DNA of 58,701 nt, filler included, from Sphacelaria rigidula (Eukaryota), in assembly GCA_964200075.2 (NCBI GenBank). It is 7 parts of 7 records of this genome, joined end to end, with 100 filler letters (N's around TTAATTAATTAA, not from the genome) between each part and the next. Parts side by side here need not be neighbours in the genome. Positions count along the whole stretch, not along the records: positions 8,402 to 16,702 come from CAXNAA020011604.1; positions 16,803 to 25,103 come from CAXNAA020011605.1; 5 more parts are not named here. One strand, written 5' to 3'. Within the stretch, counting starts at the first letter, position 1; every line of letters starts with the position of its first letter. Below are positions 11,740-22,830 of this stretch, piece after piece. The translations under genes were made by a program, and so were the position numbers. The notes under the pieces are model-generated. The model was given only the letters and a program-made list of their open reading frames with translations, had not been told where the DNA came from and made no database searches.

Positions 11740-12250
11740 TCGGCGAAAAATACCGGCGGATGCTGACGACACTGGGTGATTCGCCGCCTCGTACTGGCGG
11801 ATACTGGCGACACTGGGTATTAAGCCACCTCATACTGGCGGATACAGGAGATACTGGGAATTCTGCCACCTCATACTGGCGGATACTGGGGATACTGGGT
11901 GATTCGCCACCTCATACTGAATACTGGTAATACTAGGTATTTCGCCGCCTCATACCGGCGGATACTGGCGATACTGGGTATTTCGCCATCTCATACTAGC
12001 GAATACTGGTAATACTGGATACTTCGCCGCCTCATACTGGGGGATACTGGGGATACTGGGGATTTTGCGGCCTCATACTGGCGGATACTACGGTAGCGAT
12101 ATCGGGTATTTTGCGGCCTCATGCCGGCGGATACTGGGGATACTGGGTATTTCGCGCCCTCGTACTGGCGGATACTGGCGATACTGGGTAATTCGCCTCT
12201 TTGTAATGGCAGATACTGGTGATACTGAGTATGTTTGCCGTCTCGTACGA
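11740..12250 (+). repeat. 41-bp minisatellite (array 2, same family as 10303-10885)
   Basis: Same consensus and same orientation. Confidence 0.9.
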
Positions 12251-12302
12251 GTGGAAACTGGCCGTGCCCAGTATACGGGTGCGGGAAGCACCTTTGATAC
12301 TG

Positions 12303-12440
12303 ACATACATACATAGATACATACATAGATACATACATAGATACATACATACAAACATACACACACATAACACACATACACACATACATACATGCTACAC
12401 ATGCTACACATACTGCACATACTACACATGCTACATACAT
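12303..12440 (+). repeat. Compound CATA/CA/TGCTACACA microsatellite
   Basis: Direct reading. Confidence 0.9.
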
Positions 12441-12699
12441 AGCTCGATATCTCGGACCCGTGATCACAGACGCAGTAGGCTCGTCTTTCCGATAACGTCC
12501 CTGCTATTCCTTACAAGAGATGACAGCTCTCACCGTGTCTTCTGAGGCTCAAACAAACAAAACTAAACTAAATAACACAAAACTAAACCAATAATCACAA
12601 TAACGAACACAACTAATCATGAGTGTGCTAGCTGCGCGTGTTGGCACCACGGTGCTTAGACAGATATAACCCTCTACTGCACCGACGTATCGTATTCAC

Positions 12700-12891
12700 C
12701 TGAATAGCCGACAGAGGCCTGGTATCACCGAACTGACTGCAGTTAATGGCCAAATTTTCCATGGTCGAAAACGTCTTGGCGGCCTTCCGGTCATCGGCAG
12801 ACGCCTCCTCGCTGCTCAGCCGTCGGCGCTTGTTGCCGAGAAGACGACTGCGCGCTCGCGCAAACGAAAATGTTGCTATGTCCGCTCGTGC
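12700..12891 (-). CDS. PRPF4: Internal exon of U4/U6 snRNP protein Prp4: ARADIATFSFARARSRLLGNKRRRLSSEEASADDRKAAKTFSTMENLAINCSQFGDTRPLSAIQ
   Basis: Polypyrimidine tract plus TAG acceptor, GTGAAT donor, 192 bp, open and phase 0-0. Matches the recalled PRPF4 motifs ARLWIANYSLPRAMKRL and CSQIGDDRPIS. Confidence 0.9.
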
Positions 12892-13046
12892 CTAACAGTG
12901 GTGAAGAAAAAAATAGGAAAAAGAACACGATAGCACGGCATGGCATGGCATGGCATGGCATGGCATGTCGGTATGCATATTCCCAACCAACATGAGGACA
13001 ATGATAGTACGAGTCACCACATTATGAGCTGATGCGTGCAACGATC

Positions 13047-13195
13047 ACACGCTGGATAATGACAAGAAGGTTTGCATTATCAAAGAGCGTCCTGCGTACA
13101 GTATCGAATCTTGTCCGTTTGCAACAGGCACATAGCTTCGATACTGTACGCGGTGCATTTTTTTTACGAGTAATTTGATCGACTGTCTAGGGTAT
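13047..13195. mobile_element. ~140-bp palindromic MITE, copy 2 (diverged)
   Basis: ACACGCTGGATAATGACAA start and CTGCGTACAGTATCGA/TCGATACTGTACGCGG internal inverted repeat. Confidence 0.7.
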
Positions 13196-13199
13196 TGCA

Positions 13200-13690
13200 A
13201 TGATAGAGGCAAGCATGCCATGCTCCATATAATCACTTCCAGTCGAGATTGAAGCGTGCAGTGTCATTCCCACAGAATCTGGAATTGGATCATGAACGTG
13301 TTCGAAAATGTGTTGGATAAGTTGCGTTCTCACTGTTGTGTGCGCACTTGGGTCGTTGAAAACTCGTCGGGCAATAATACATCGTGGCAAGCATACTCCG
13401 TCTCCAATTTAATTGACTGATTCCCAAGTCCCTGGAGGATGTTGTTGGTCATCGTAATCATGGTTGTCGTCATTGTGACCGCCACGGCCGCTGTCACCGT
13501 CACCCCTGTTGGAGCCTGTGTCAGCACTATCTTCATCACCACCACCATTCTCGTCGCCTGAAGCACTCTGGTATATCATCATGACCGACGAGACAACGCA
13601 ACACTAAAGACTGGAGGAGCTTGCCCTGTGGCAGCAACGATAAATTCCGAATACACAACGTCATGGACGTGTGGGACACCGTCTAAAAGG
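13200..13690 (-). mobile_element. Possible Copia integrase-RT interdomain remnant
   Basis: VHDVVYSE (like SRDVVFDE) followed by an acidic, Gly-rich low-complexity peptide (SASGDENGGGDEDSAD...). The match is weak. Confidence 0.25.
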
Positions 13691-13842
13691 CGATCCTCGT
13701 AGGGTTAGAGTTAAGGGTAACCTAGGAGGACGGCGGAACCGCCGGCGTAGGACATGTGTGGTATTCCCGAGGTGCCAAAGTGCCAAGTAGCTCCCGTGCC
13801 ACGTAGACATGAAAGCGGGAGGCACTTCCCGAAAAATTGAGG

Positions 13843-14080
13843 TGCGTGGAACATTCTTGGCATGTTCTTTGTCACGTGGGAAGCTCGCGGGTATGTTATT
13901 TCAGTGCTTCGCTTTCCCGCTGCACATGAGAGTTCGCATTTCTCTGGACAAACGAGCGGCTTTGGCTAGCTGTTGGAATGCGTGGAACATTCCTGGCATG
14001 TTCTTTCTCACTTGAAAAGCCCCGGATATGTTATTTCAGTGCTTCGTTGTTTCTCTGCACATGAGAGTTGCGTTTTTTTT
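13843..14080 (+). repeat. ~137-bp tandem duplication
   Basis: TGCGTGGAACATTC(T/C)TGGCATGTTCTTT...TATGTTATTTCAGTGCTTCG...CTGCACATGAGAGTT occurs twice. Confidence 0.85.
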
Positions 14081-14456
14081 TTTAACCGGCCGAACTTTTC
14101 ACCGGGCCTTTTCTGTTACAACTTTACGTAATACATGCTTTGGGGTGTTACTATCCGCGCTTGTGAGGTGCTGCATTTTTCCAGCTCCGCCCGAGAGAGA
14201 AAACACTGATAAGTACGACCGAAGTGGAAGCTTGTGGTGCTGCCAGATTATGTCGCCTAGCTACCTGCCTACCTAGCCATATATTCCGCTCGCGTGCGGC
14301 AGTCGTTAGTGCACGTACATGAAATTATTCTCGTGTTCGGGGAGAAATCCCCGAGCCCTCCAAACCCATGGTTGCGGACTCATTGTACTGCGCGGTCTTG
14401 TGAAGGCGACTTAAGGATTTGTACGTGAACAATGGTTGGTACTATGGAGATGCCGC

Positions 14457-14495
14457 CAACCCTAACGCTAACCCTAACCCTAAACCTAAACCCGA
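14457..14495 (+). repeat. Short interstitial telomere-like (CCCTAA/CCTAAA)n
   Basis: AACCCTAACGCTAACCCTAACCCTAAACCTAAACCC. Confidence 0.7.
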
Positions 14496-15563
14496 CCAAG
14501 GTATACCGAGAACCCTCGGGGAAGGGGGTGCAGGGTGTTCTGTAGGCAAAGTGTGCATTTCCGGAGCGCAAATCGACGCCTTTCAGCCGATTTTGGACCA
14601 AAACACGTTCTAGACGAGCTGGGTCCACTGCTCACCTGCCCCAGACCATGAATCTTCTCAGAATTTTGTTCAGTCTAAAATCAAGTAAAATCGAGTACCA
14701 ACCATTGTTAACGTACAAATCCTCAGCTCTTTTGGTCTTGTGTCGAAGATGAATAGTATAGAAACACCTGAGCCCTCCAAACCCATGGTTACGGACTTAC
14801 TAAACTGTACGGTCTTGTTCCGGAAACAAAGAGTAAAGTTCGTGGTGTCACCAGATAATGTCGGCTACCTAGCTACCTAGCTACCTAGCCATATATTCCG
14901 CAGAGTGGTGGTTCTTGTCTAAAACGATTTTATATCACTGTGGCTTCCACATTACCGGGTCTTTTGTTTAATCAGGGTGATTGCTTTTTTGCGGCAAAAC
15001 ATTCTTGTGCTGCCATGCTACCGTGCCTTGTTCAACTCGCCAATGGCCCATTGCACGGTTTGTGTTTGCTGCTGACTAAGGCCAAGGCAATGTTCAATTG
15101 TTTTCAGCTTTGCTCTTATTTTCTCGTGACATTGGCGGCATAACCGGTGTGTTCGTGCTCCCTAATGAACGAGAACGCAACGAAGAGAAAAACAGGGAAA
15201 AATTATCCCGCCAAAAGTAATCATGCTTCAAGTTTTCCATGATCTTGAAAAGGCTTTCGTGGTTCGGGATCGACACTCCGCGAAAAAAGGCCAGATTGAG
15301 CGACTTTTGGTGGCCAGAACACGCGCTACAGGTATCAGATGACGTCCAAACCTCAACGGTAATGTACCGCTGAGTCTTCCTAGTGCACTGCAAAAGAAAG
15401 CACGGGAAAAAAAAGACTTGCCACCAGAGAAAACTCGGGAAAAAAGTGGTGAAACATGTGAACTGATACATGTACATATATAAGTATCAATATTCGAGCC
15501 TCAGCGGGGTTTTTAATCTACTCTGTGTCTGCTCCACATTTCTGTTTTCTTCACCCTTCTCCC

Positions 15564-15711
15564 ACACACTGGATAATGACAAAAGAGTGCACTGCCAAAA
15601 ATTTTACTGCGTGCAGTATCGACTATTGCGTCTATTGCAATAGACAATAGATCCTATACTGTACGCAGTACATTTTTCGACAATGTAATCTATTGTCATT
15701 ACCCAGGGTGT
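15564..15711. mobile_element. ~140-bp palindromic MITE, copy 3
   Basis: ACACACTGGATAATGACAA ... TTGTCATTACCCAGGGTGT. Confidence 0.8.
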
Positions 15712-16702
15712 GCTTTCTTCCGCGAGTGTTTCCATTTTTGTTCTTCGTCTCAAGTACAGTACGTCATTATCTCATCACGTGGATAATGACTACGACTGGA
15801 TCATGACTCCTGGGGATCAGTCAAGGTACGACAATCATATCAACATTTTTCTCTACATTTATGTATTGCAGTAGTTAAATATGTTTAGATGTGACATAAT
15901 CCAGAACCATGAATATGCACATCTCAAGGATCATGAACGGTGTCGCGAATACATCGGATGAACCCTTTGACCGAGCGAGGGTAGGCCATCCGATCATGCA
16001 GTAATTTTTCAGGCGAAATCGATGTTGACTCAACAGACGACCTATGCTTGCCGTCAAAGGTTCAATCCCTTCAAGAGCCGATGTCGTCTAAAACCGCTGA
16101 CTGGAGGTTATCAACACACCACAAGAAGCGAGTAAACTGCCCGAGACATTATGCATTGCATCGACACTGACGAAAAGAGAGAGAAAAAAAAAGGAAAATG
16201 AAACAAACGGAACGTTCGTGCATTATCGCTGCTTTGCATACTTCATTTCTATCCCCCTCCTCACCCCCGTACGCACGAAACACAACAAAAAAAAACTACT
16301 TGAAAAAAATGGCTTCCGCAGGCTCCATCTAGGTTCGTTGATGTAGTGTAAACCAAATACAGGTTCATAGTCTCAGAGAGAAGAATAGAGCGAAAGACAG
16401 ACAGATAGACAGAGAGTCCCTCCTTGAGGACTAGACAACTACCAAGCTGCCGGACATGGGGAATAACCTCCCGTGGATGTTGTCTACGGGACTGGAATAA
16501 CGAAACCCCAGAAACGTCAGGAGCATTCTCCACACACATCAGAGTATGACATATACATGGGAATACGAGACATACATAAGAGTAAGACACAAATTTGGGT
16601 ATGATAGACACTTTCTCCGATAGCCCCCCCTCCAAAACCAGCTAAAAGTGTCACGAAAAACATGGCCATACAGCACCTGATGTTCGGGTTCAGGCTGCAT
16701 GA

Positions 16703-16802
16703 NNNNNNNNNNNNNNNNNNNNNNNNNNNNNNNNNNNNNNNNNNNNTTAATTAATTAANNNNNNNNNNNNNNNNNNNNNNNNNNNNNNNNNNNNNNNNNN
16801 NN
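16703..16802. other. Artificial contig linker
   Basis: Same N44-TTAATTAATTAA-N44 spacer. Confidence 0.98.
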
Positions 16803-16914
16803 TTATGGCGTCATCGCCAACCGACGCCAACCCCATCGGGGGTCCGCCCCTACAAAGCCGGGACGGAGCCCGCCAGGTTCTCGCCGGACCAGGCACAGGA
16901 GCCTCAAGGGGGGA

Positions 16915-16982
16915 GCGTACTCATTTGTTGCTTGCCTTAGCCGTTTGACCATTGACCACGCATCCCTTTCGAGACGGAGCAT
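16915..16982 (-). mobile_element. Short 3' fragment of the LINE, flanked by G-runs on both sides
   Basis: The reverse complement encodes APSRKGCVVNGQTAKASNK*. G-runs at 16908-16913 and 16983-16993. Confidence 0.85.
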
Positions 16983-17621
16983 GGGGGGGGGGGCAGGAGA
17001 GAGAGGTAAACAGCCAATCACACGGCCCAAGAGGTACCGATCAAGGCTCCAAGGGTCCTGGCCATTGCGTTAGCATGCGGTACGGACATAGTGTCACAAG
17101 CATATCAACGCAATACGTAGGATTGACCCATCGATTCTGCTAGCGTTGAAATACGCCGCCTCTCAGTGGTATTATATGACGATGCAGGAACCCGCAAGTG
17201 CTTTCCCCCCCGGAAGTCTTGGCGTACACGAAAGGTGACAGCCCAACAACGCTTGCATACACATGCAAGCCGTGCTCTACTCTACCCCGGAGTAAGCCAT
17301 GTTTTTTATTTCGCGTAGAGTGTACGCATTCCCTCAGCTGCTGATGTTCTTGTGGTGTGCTGCACAAGGCTGCTACCTACTGTAACACAGCTGTTAGATT
17401 AGGTGTAGCGATTCGATGGCGGCTATAGGACCCATTCATCCGTCGCCGTCAGACTCAATCTTCAATCTTCTGGAGATGATGTTGTAGTTTAGGGCAATAC
17501 AGTAAAACGAGTTTCGGAAAGTAAAAGTGCACTTAGGCCCAAGGCCTCTATTCAGGGCTAGGCTTTGCTGGTACGTACGCCTAAAACCTGCGTTAAAATA
17601 CTGAACAGATGAGTTGTGGTA

Positions 17622-18528
17622 CAGTAGTTTTCAGCTGAAAAGAGGGAAAATTCGTAATTTTCATCAGCGATTTCCAATCGTGTGTTCGCGTCCCACCGCT
17701 CACCCCAGTGAACGCGTGATCCCAGAGTTCGGGGATCGGAAGATGGCAAGAATCCGCTCCACATTCCGGAAGAAAATAATCTCTGCACTTAATACTGAAC
17801 CACCTGCGGGCTGACCGGTTTTCGGGGATCCTGCGACTACTCAGCCTCAGGTTCTGACCCTTGAGAATTCTTGCTCCATCGAAGCAGTCCCGTTCTCGTG
17901 AACAAACTTGCAGGAATGTTCTTATTATTTTCTACCTATTTATTGCGCAAGAGCCGACAAACTGACTTTTTTTGGTCAACGACGGTCGATAACACGCCCT
18001 GATGAACGGGGTACTTACAACTTGTCTCCCCGAAAACAACTTGATGATTGTGTGCTGAGCACGACCTGCTTTTTTTGCCGATATCTGTCAACTCTACGAC
18101 TTTCGAGTGCTACGGAAGAATTCTATGCGAGAAAATTCACAAAGTATCCAACCGCGAAAATCACCCAACTGAGCTCTGAAAAGCACGGGGGGCGGTGAAC
18201 CAATCCCAATCACCCTCGTGAGTAATTGTACGGACCCTTTGTATTATATTTTGACCTATTAATTGCTCTAAACCCGAAAAGAAATGCGTTTTGGGACAAA
18301 AACGATCAATAACACGCTCTGTAAATTCAACCCGAAGTTCCTCAATATTAAGCGCAGATATTAGTTTCGTTTCGGAATGTGGAGCGGATGCCTAGAATCT
18401 CCCGATCTCCAAACGTCGAGATACAAAGCTCACTGGGATGAGAGGTGACACGCGAAAAAACGATTGAAAATCGCCCGACTATAATACGAAAAGTTTCACA
18501 AATTCCCTACTTCAGCTGAAAACTACTA
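17622..18528. mobile_element. Tc1/mariner-like non-autonomous element with ~170-bp imperfect TIRs
   Basis: TA|CAGTAGTTTTCAGCTGAA on the left and TTCAGCTGAAAACTACTA on the right. 17622-17795 is inverted at 18340-18528. Core shared with 3341-3877. Confidence 0.8.
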
Positions 18529-18836
18529 TTATACATCCAACATGATTTCGCTGGATTCACTGCGAGAACGGGTGCATTTATCTGCAGAAAATAATATGTG
18601 CACACAATCGATACGGAAACAATAGTTTTTTTTCACGTAGCTCCTGCTCCTGTCGTTTCCAAGGCAAAATTTACCGAGCAAGAGACAGCTACTAGCGGAG
18701 CGGACCTAGCTAGGCACCACAGGTAGGGAAATGTTGATGGGCTTACAAATTCAAGTGCTGTTGTACTTCTGACGCTACCCTACCGTCATTTGTACATGTT
18801 ACAGAACCGCAAGATTAGGTTGTATACACGCCGGTC

Positions 18837-19045
18837 GCCCCGGTGGGTCAGTTGGTAACTTCAAACCCTTCTAGCGGTTGGGCCGTGGGGTCGACTTTCG
18901 ATGCAGTCGCACGATCTGGGATTTCTCACACATTGCCCAACAACAGTGGAGAACGATTATGTCGTGGGTACACGAAAAAAGTCGACTCAACGGTCGACGA
19001 GGGAAAGGGACCGCTGAACCCCTCTCGCGATAAAAAATAAACCGA
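18837..19045 (+). mobile_element. tRNA-derived SINE (degenerate)
   Basis: A-box-like TGGGTCAGTTGG (18844-55) and B-box-like GGGTCGACTT (18888-97) at Pol III spacing, a non-tRNA body, and an A-rich end. Confidence 0.55.
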
Positions 19046-21024
19046 GCATCGCAGAAGGAAGGTGGAGTACTAGAGCAAAAACAAAACCTGTGTTGGCCTT
19101 CGTTTGTGTGACCTCGGCGGATGCTCCCACATATACCGAAATTTGTAATCTGGCGTCCAGAATAGATGGGATGACAACACAACACACACTTTCAGGTATT
19201 GGCCGTGAAGAATTGGACTGCATATTCATTTATGCACGCCGGCCGCCGGAGATCCGAAAGCCTCCCCATATCTCCGCCGTGGGTTTCGACCCGTCTGCAT
19301 CCATCGCATAATGATGTTGCTGGAAACGATTCGACGGTCCACAGCGCCGCATTGGCCAAGATAGATTAGGTCGACGGCGACAGAGATTGTTTGCGGTGCT
19401 ATCTTTTTTTTTGTGGCCAACACGCCATCTGTACGTCGTCAATTGTGTTACAAGAGTGCCCACACAGACGCACTGACGCCCCAGCACGTGCAAGACATAC
19501 GGGAAGCATAGCTTACGCCAGGATACGCTTGCATAGTTAACACTGCGTTGCTGAGCTCACACAACTGTACAGACCCATCTGCCCAAAGGGGAACTCGTAG
19601 TGTCAGAGTTGGGGGAGGGGCAATGGCCTTGGTGGTCTCTACTGCTGTACTGCCGTGGTGTGCTCTACTGTGCCGTACACAACGTGCCGAGGTCAGATTT
19701 TCACCGCCACATTGGCGCATATCACGGAACCCGAGAGTATATTAGGAAGCTCAGGAGTTTTGCCAGGGTAAAATTGCGATGTTAAAACCGCAGCGGTGAG
19801 CTCTTTTTACCGCACAACTCTGTTGCTCAAAGGGGACTTAGTTTGTGGTGTTCATAATCGGGGGTGAGACACTAAGCTTGTTCGGTAGAAGGTACTACTA
19901 ACAACACTCATCCAACGGCTGACTGAGTGGTCTAGTGAATCCTTCCACTGATAGGAAACGAGTAACTGCTGTTGAGCGCAAAGCTCTCCAGTTGCAACTC
20001 CGGAACACTCTTGGCCCTTGCCAGTACTCTGTACTAGTATCTTAGGCGCGAACCAACTAGCACCTTAACTCTTCCCAAAAAATCTCGCTTAGTGGCCAAA
20101 AACCTTAATCGGCGGAGAATGAAAGGAGCTTTGCAACCGGAATCCGAACTCCACTGACTGAGTGCTGTGTTAGGTAGTTTCTTCTAAGAAATGAAGAAGA
20201 GAGACCACGTTGTAATCCAGGTTATGGCGATTCTTTCTCTCCCCGCCGAGCAAGGCTTCCGACAAGAAGTACATGTGTTAAATGGTTCGAAGCCTAGGAG
20301 ACGAGTATAGAGTGCTGGTGAGGGCAGGTGTGCCACGGAGTCACATCTGGAGAGCGTTTGAGTTTCAAAGGTGCTTACGTTGTCCGTTCGGAGGTTCTAC
20401 CCATGAGACCACCCATCACACCGAATACTTTGGTGTCGCAGTGTTTAGCACCTTTCCAAGAACATAGCTTGATGCTACCCGTTTTTGTGGGGTACTGTAG
20501 TGTGATGTAGTGTGCCGCAATGCACTGTACTGTAACATTCAGTCGCGGTGTGGGAAGGCGCGGCTAGTTCCGTTTCATCAACACAAGTCTAAGCAACAAC
20601 TTTTGGTACGCAAGGCTATCCATCGATTTTGGCGTCTTCACTTCTCGCACTCTCATAAAATGTTCTCAGGTGTCACATCCTAGGTGTAACTGTGGAAGTT
20701 TCTCATACCCTCGATACCTCCACAAAGAGTGATATGGCGTACGGGGGTTCCACACTCCGCTGCCATGTTGTTTTACGTCAGTGTTCCGCTATACGGTGGC
20801 AGCTCCTATATTTTCTGCAGGCGAACAATCGCGCAGATCATGTATTGTGCACTGCCGATTCTAGTGCTGAAGACTTGCTGAGCATGACATATCCTCTACT
20901 TGTCTTCTGCATCCAGAATTCGTCAAGCCATACGCACCTGCGAAATGACGCTGACGTTGTAGGAAGCACCGGCACGGGATGCAGGCTGTTGTCCTCCCCC
21001 CCAGGGCAGGGGGAGGGGGGGGGA

Positions 21025-21499
21025 GACGTGCTCATTTGTTGCTTGTCTTAGTCGTTTGACCATTGACCATGAATCCCTTCCGAGACGGAGCACCATTCTT
21101 ACTCCTAATAGAAACACCTCCAACATTTGGAGGCTCATTATATTTTTTGCATACACTACACAAAAACCTTTTGCATATCTTATCGCCGTCTGTGGCCACC
21201 ACCTATCTTCTAGTATAGCGAGCGTTTTCTCGCTGGGGTCTAATATATCAAACGATTTCATGCCACTTCCGTTTACGTTCCGCATTCCCCCCTCGAACAC
21301 GTCCCGTTCCTCCTTGTATCGTTCACATTCTGGAACTACACGAGTTCTACTCTCTATTGCTTTGCCACAGGGGCAATTCTTTGCATCTACTTCGTCCTCC
21401 ACTCGACTAATGGTATACCTCTTCCTCCTTTCTGGCGGGTCCAGGCCTCTCACCTGGAATCGCAGTTTCAAATGTTTCGAGGGGTCAATTGGGCCATCC
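21025..21499 (-). mobile_element. 5'-truncated non-LTR retrotransposon (LINE) ORF2 C-terminus
   Basis: GPIDPSKHLKLRFQVRGLDPPERRKRYT...CPCGKAIESRTRVVPECERYKEER...KTLAILEDRWWPQT, a degenerate CxC..E..H..C knuckle. Frameshifted end VNGQTTKTSNK*. The 3' end is repeated at 5098 and 16915. Confidence 0.85.
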
Positions 21500-22339
21500 G
21501 GGGGAGGGGGGGGGGGGGAGATTTGCACGTAGAAGTTGAACATTTAAGAACTGCACTGGCCGGTATCACAAGTGATGCACGTGCCCCTTGGGTTTCGCTG
21601 CACTGTGCCGCGCGCCCTCTGCTACCGTAGTGATACCGGCTGCCCTGGGTGACTGTAGAGGTTCCCGGAAATCAAGTCCATCGCCGACTAAAAGCACCAA
21701 AATAGTGGGCAGCAGTGACGCCGATCCCAATAGTCGGGAGCAGTCGACCTGCTTTTGCGAGTTGCGCGCTCTCCTTGCTTGCACTTGTTTTGTATTCTTG
21801 TCCAGATAGGACCCAGCAATGACTAAAGGCACGGGCGTATACCATTCATGCAGCCAGAGAACAAAGCCGCGTTCTGGCCCCAGTAAAGGGCCCCGTGAGT
21901 CAAGCACCGCTAAATATTGCCCCAAAAATCACCAAGAGTCGTTAAATCATTTTCCACTGACAGTAAACCACCTTGGCACATAGCGTGCGTTATAAGAGTA
22001 ATCCTCGCACCAGTGTACTGTTATGCTTTACTCATCATCCTGAAGGTGTTCAGTTGGGGTCCTGATCCTCGCCTGCTTACTAACACGCCCACCTCCCGCT
22101 AGAGCATGGCTCTACCACTCAGGGGCAGCACACAAAGCTCCGCAGACACCACCACCCTCCCCACATCCACTAGATTTCAACTTTGGGGGGGTTTACGTCT
22201 CGAAAGGTCAAACACGAGAGCACGTGAGAGCCTCTTTTCGTCACTTTGTGCATATCACAGGTGAATGTCCGCAGCCACCCACCTATTTTGATCCAACGTC
22301 GATGAGTTAGATGATAGGCCGGCACCTGCGAGTGTTTCA

Positions 22340-22830
22340 AAAAGAGAAGATCGCGACAAGATCGCCGCCGAGGATGCCAAGGGAATGTTACACCGACCGT
22401 TGGACTGTCACCAGTATCTATAGTGGGTTTGTGCCCTGTGCCATGTCACGCACGTGGTGCTCGACGCGATCGTACCACGATTCTTCTTTATCCTTCTCAT
22501 AGCCATGGTTTTTGAGCTTTCTTCTGTTCGTTGAAATAGTATGCGCATGAGCGATCGTGCCACCATTGCCATCTTCACCGATGTATTCTATCTCGGCGCT
22601 CCTGGGTAGAGTGTGCTTCTCGTCAAGTTACTATAGCGTGTTCATGGTCGCAAATTGTTTACATGTTCAAGCATCCATAATTTTCCCCTGAAAGAGAGCG
22701 TTCGGCTGACTCGTGAGCCCCTTATATGTTGAATGCGATCGACGCCACCCCACGCAACTTCGTCGGCTCCGATTGACATTTCGTGTACGTGCGCTACCCG
22801 CCCCGTCTGTCGTCACCATCGTGTGTAGGT
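22340..22830 (-). pseudogene. Possible decayed retroelement RNase H domain
   Basis: MVTTDGAG (like YTDGS) near 22810 and VQRSV*HSLGILGGDLVA (like WVxxHxGIxGNExAD) near 22370, with many stops and frameshifts. Confidence 0.35.

Larger units (their letters stand above)
10219..12296. mobile_element. ~2.1-kb hAT-like non-autonomous element with an internal 41-bp minisatellite
   Basis: Imperfect TIRs CAAAGATGCTCCCCG and the reverse complement of the right end, CAAAGGTGCTTCCCG. Flanked on both sides by CATA repeats (the 8-bp flanks match at only 5/8). Confidence 0.6.

Noticed and set aside
11493..11930. ORF with three 18-aa repeats (EYFSLYLDTGTGKYDISP)
   Set aside because: A 54-bp tandem repeat inside a non-autonomous element, antisense within the Prp4 intron, running into the minisatellite.
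10303..12250. CRISPR-like appearance of the 41-bp arrays (also 42100-43200)
   Set aside because: Contiguous degenerate tandem units with no unique spacers, no cas genes, and a eukaryotic context.
14457..14495. True telomere
   Set aside because: Only a few degenerate units, internal to the contig.
16339..16610. Solo LTR (TG...CA) next to a purine tract
   Set aside because: No TSD, and the apparent PPT belongs to the Helitron-like family (it matches 2815-2915). Unresolved.
18837..18915. Functional tRNA gene
   Set aside because: No complete cloverleaf, a degenerate B box and no poly-T terminator; better explained as a SINE head.
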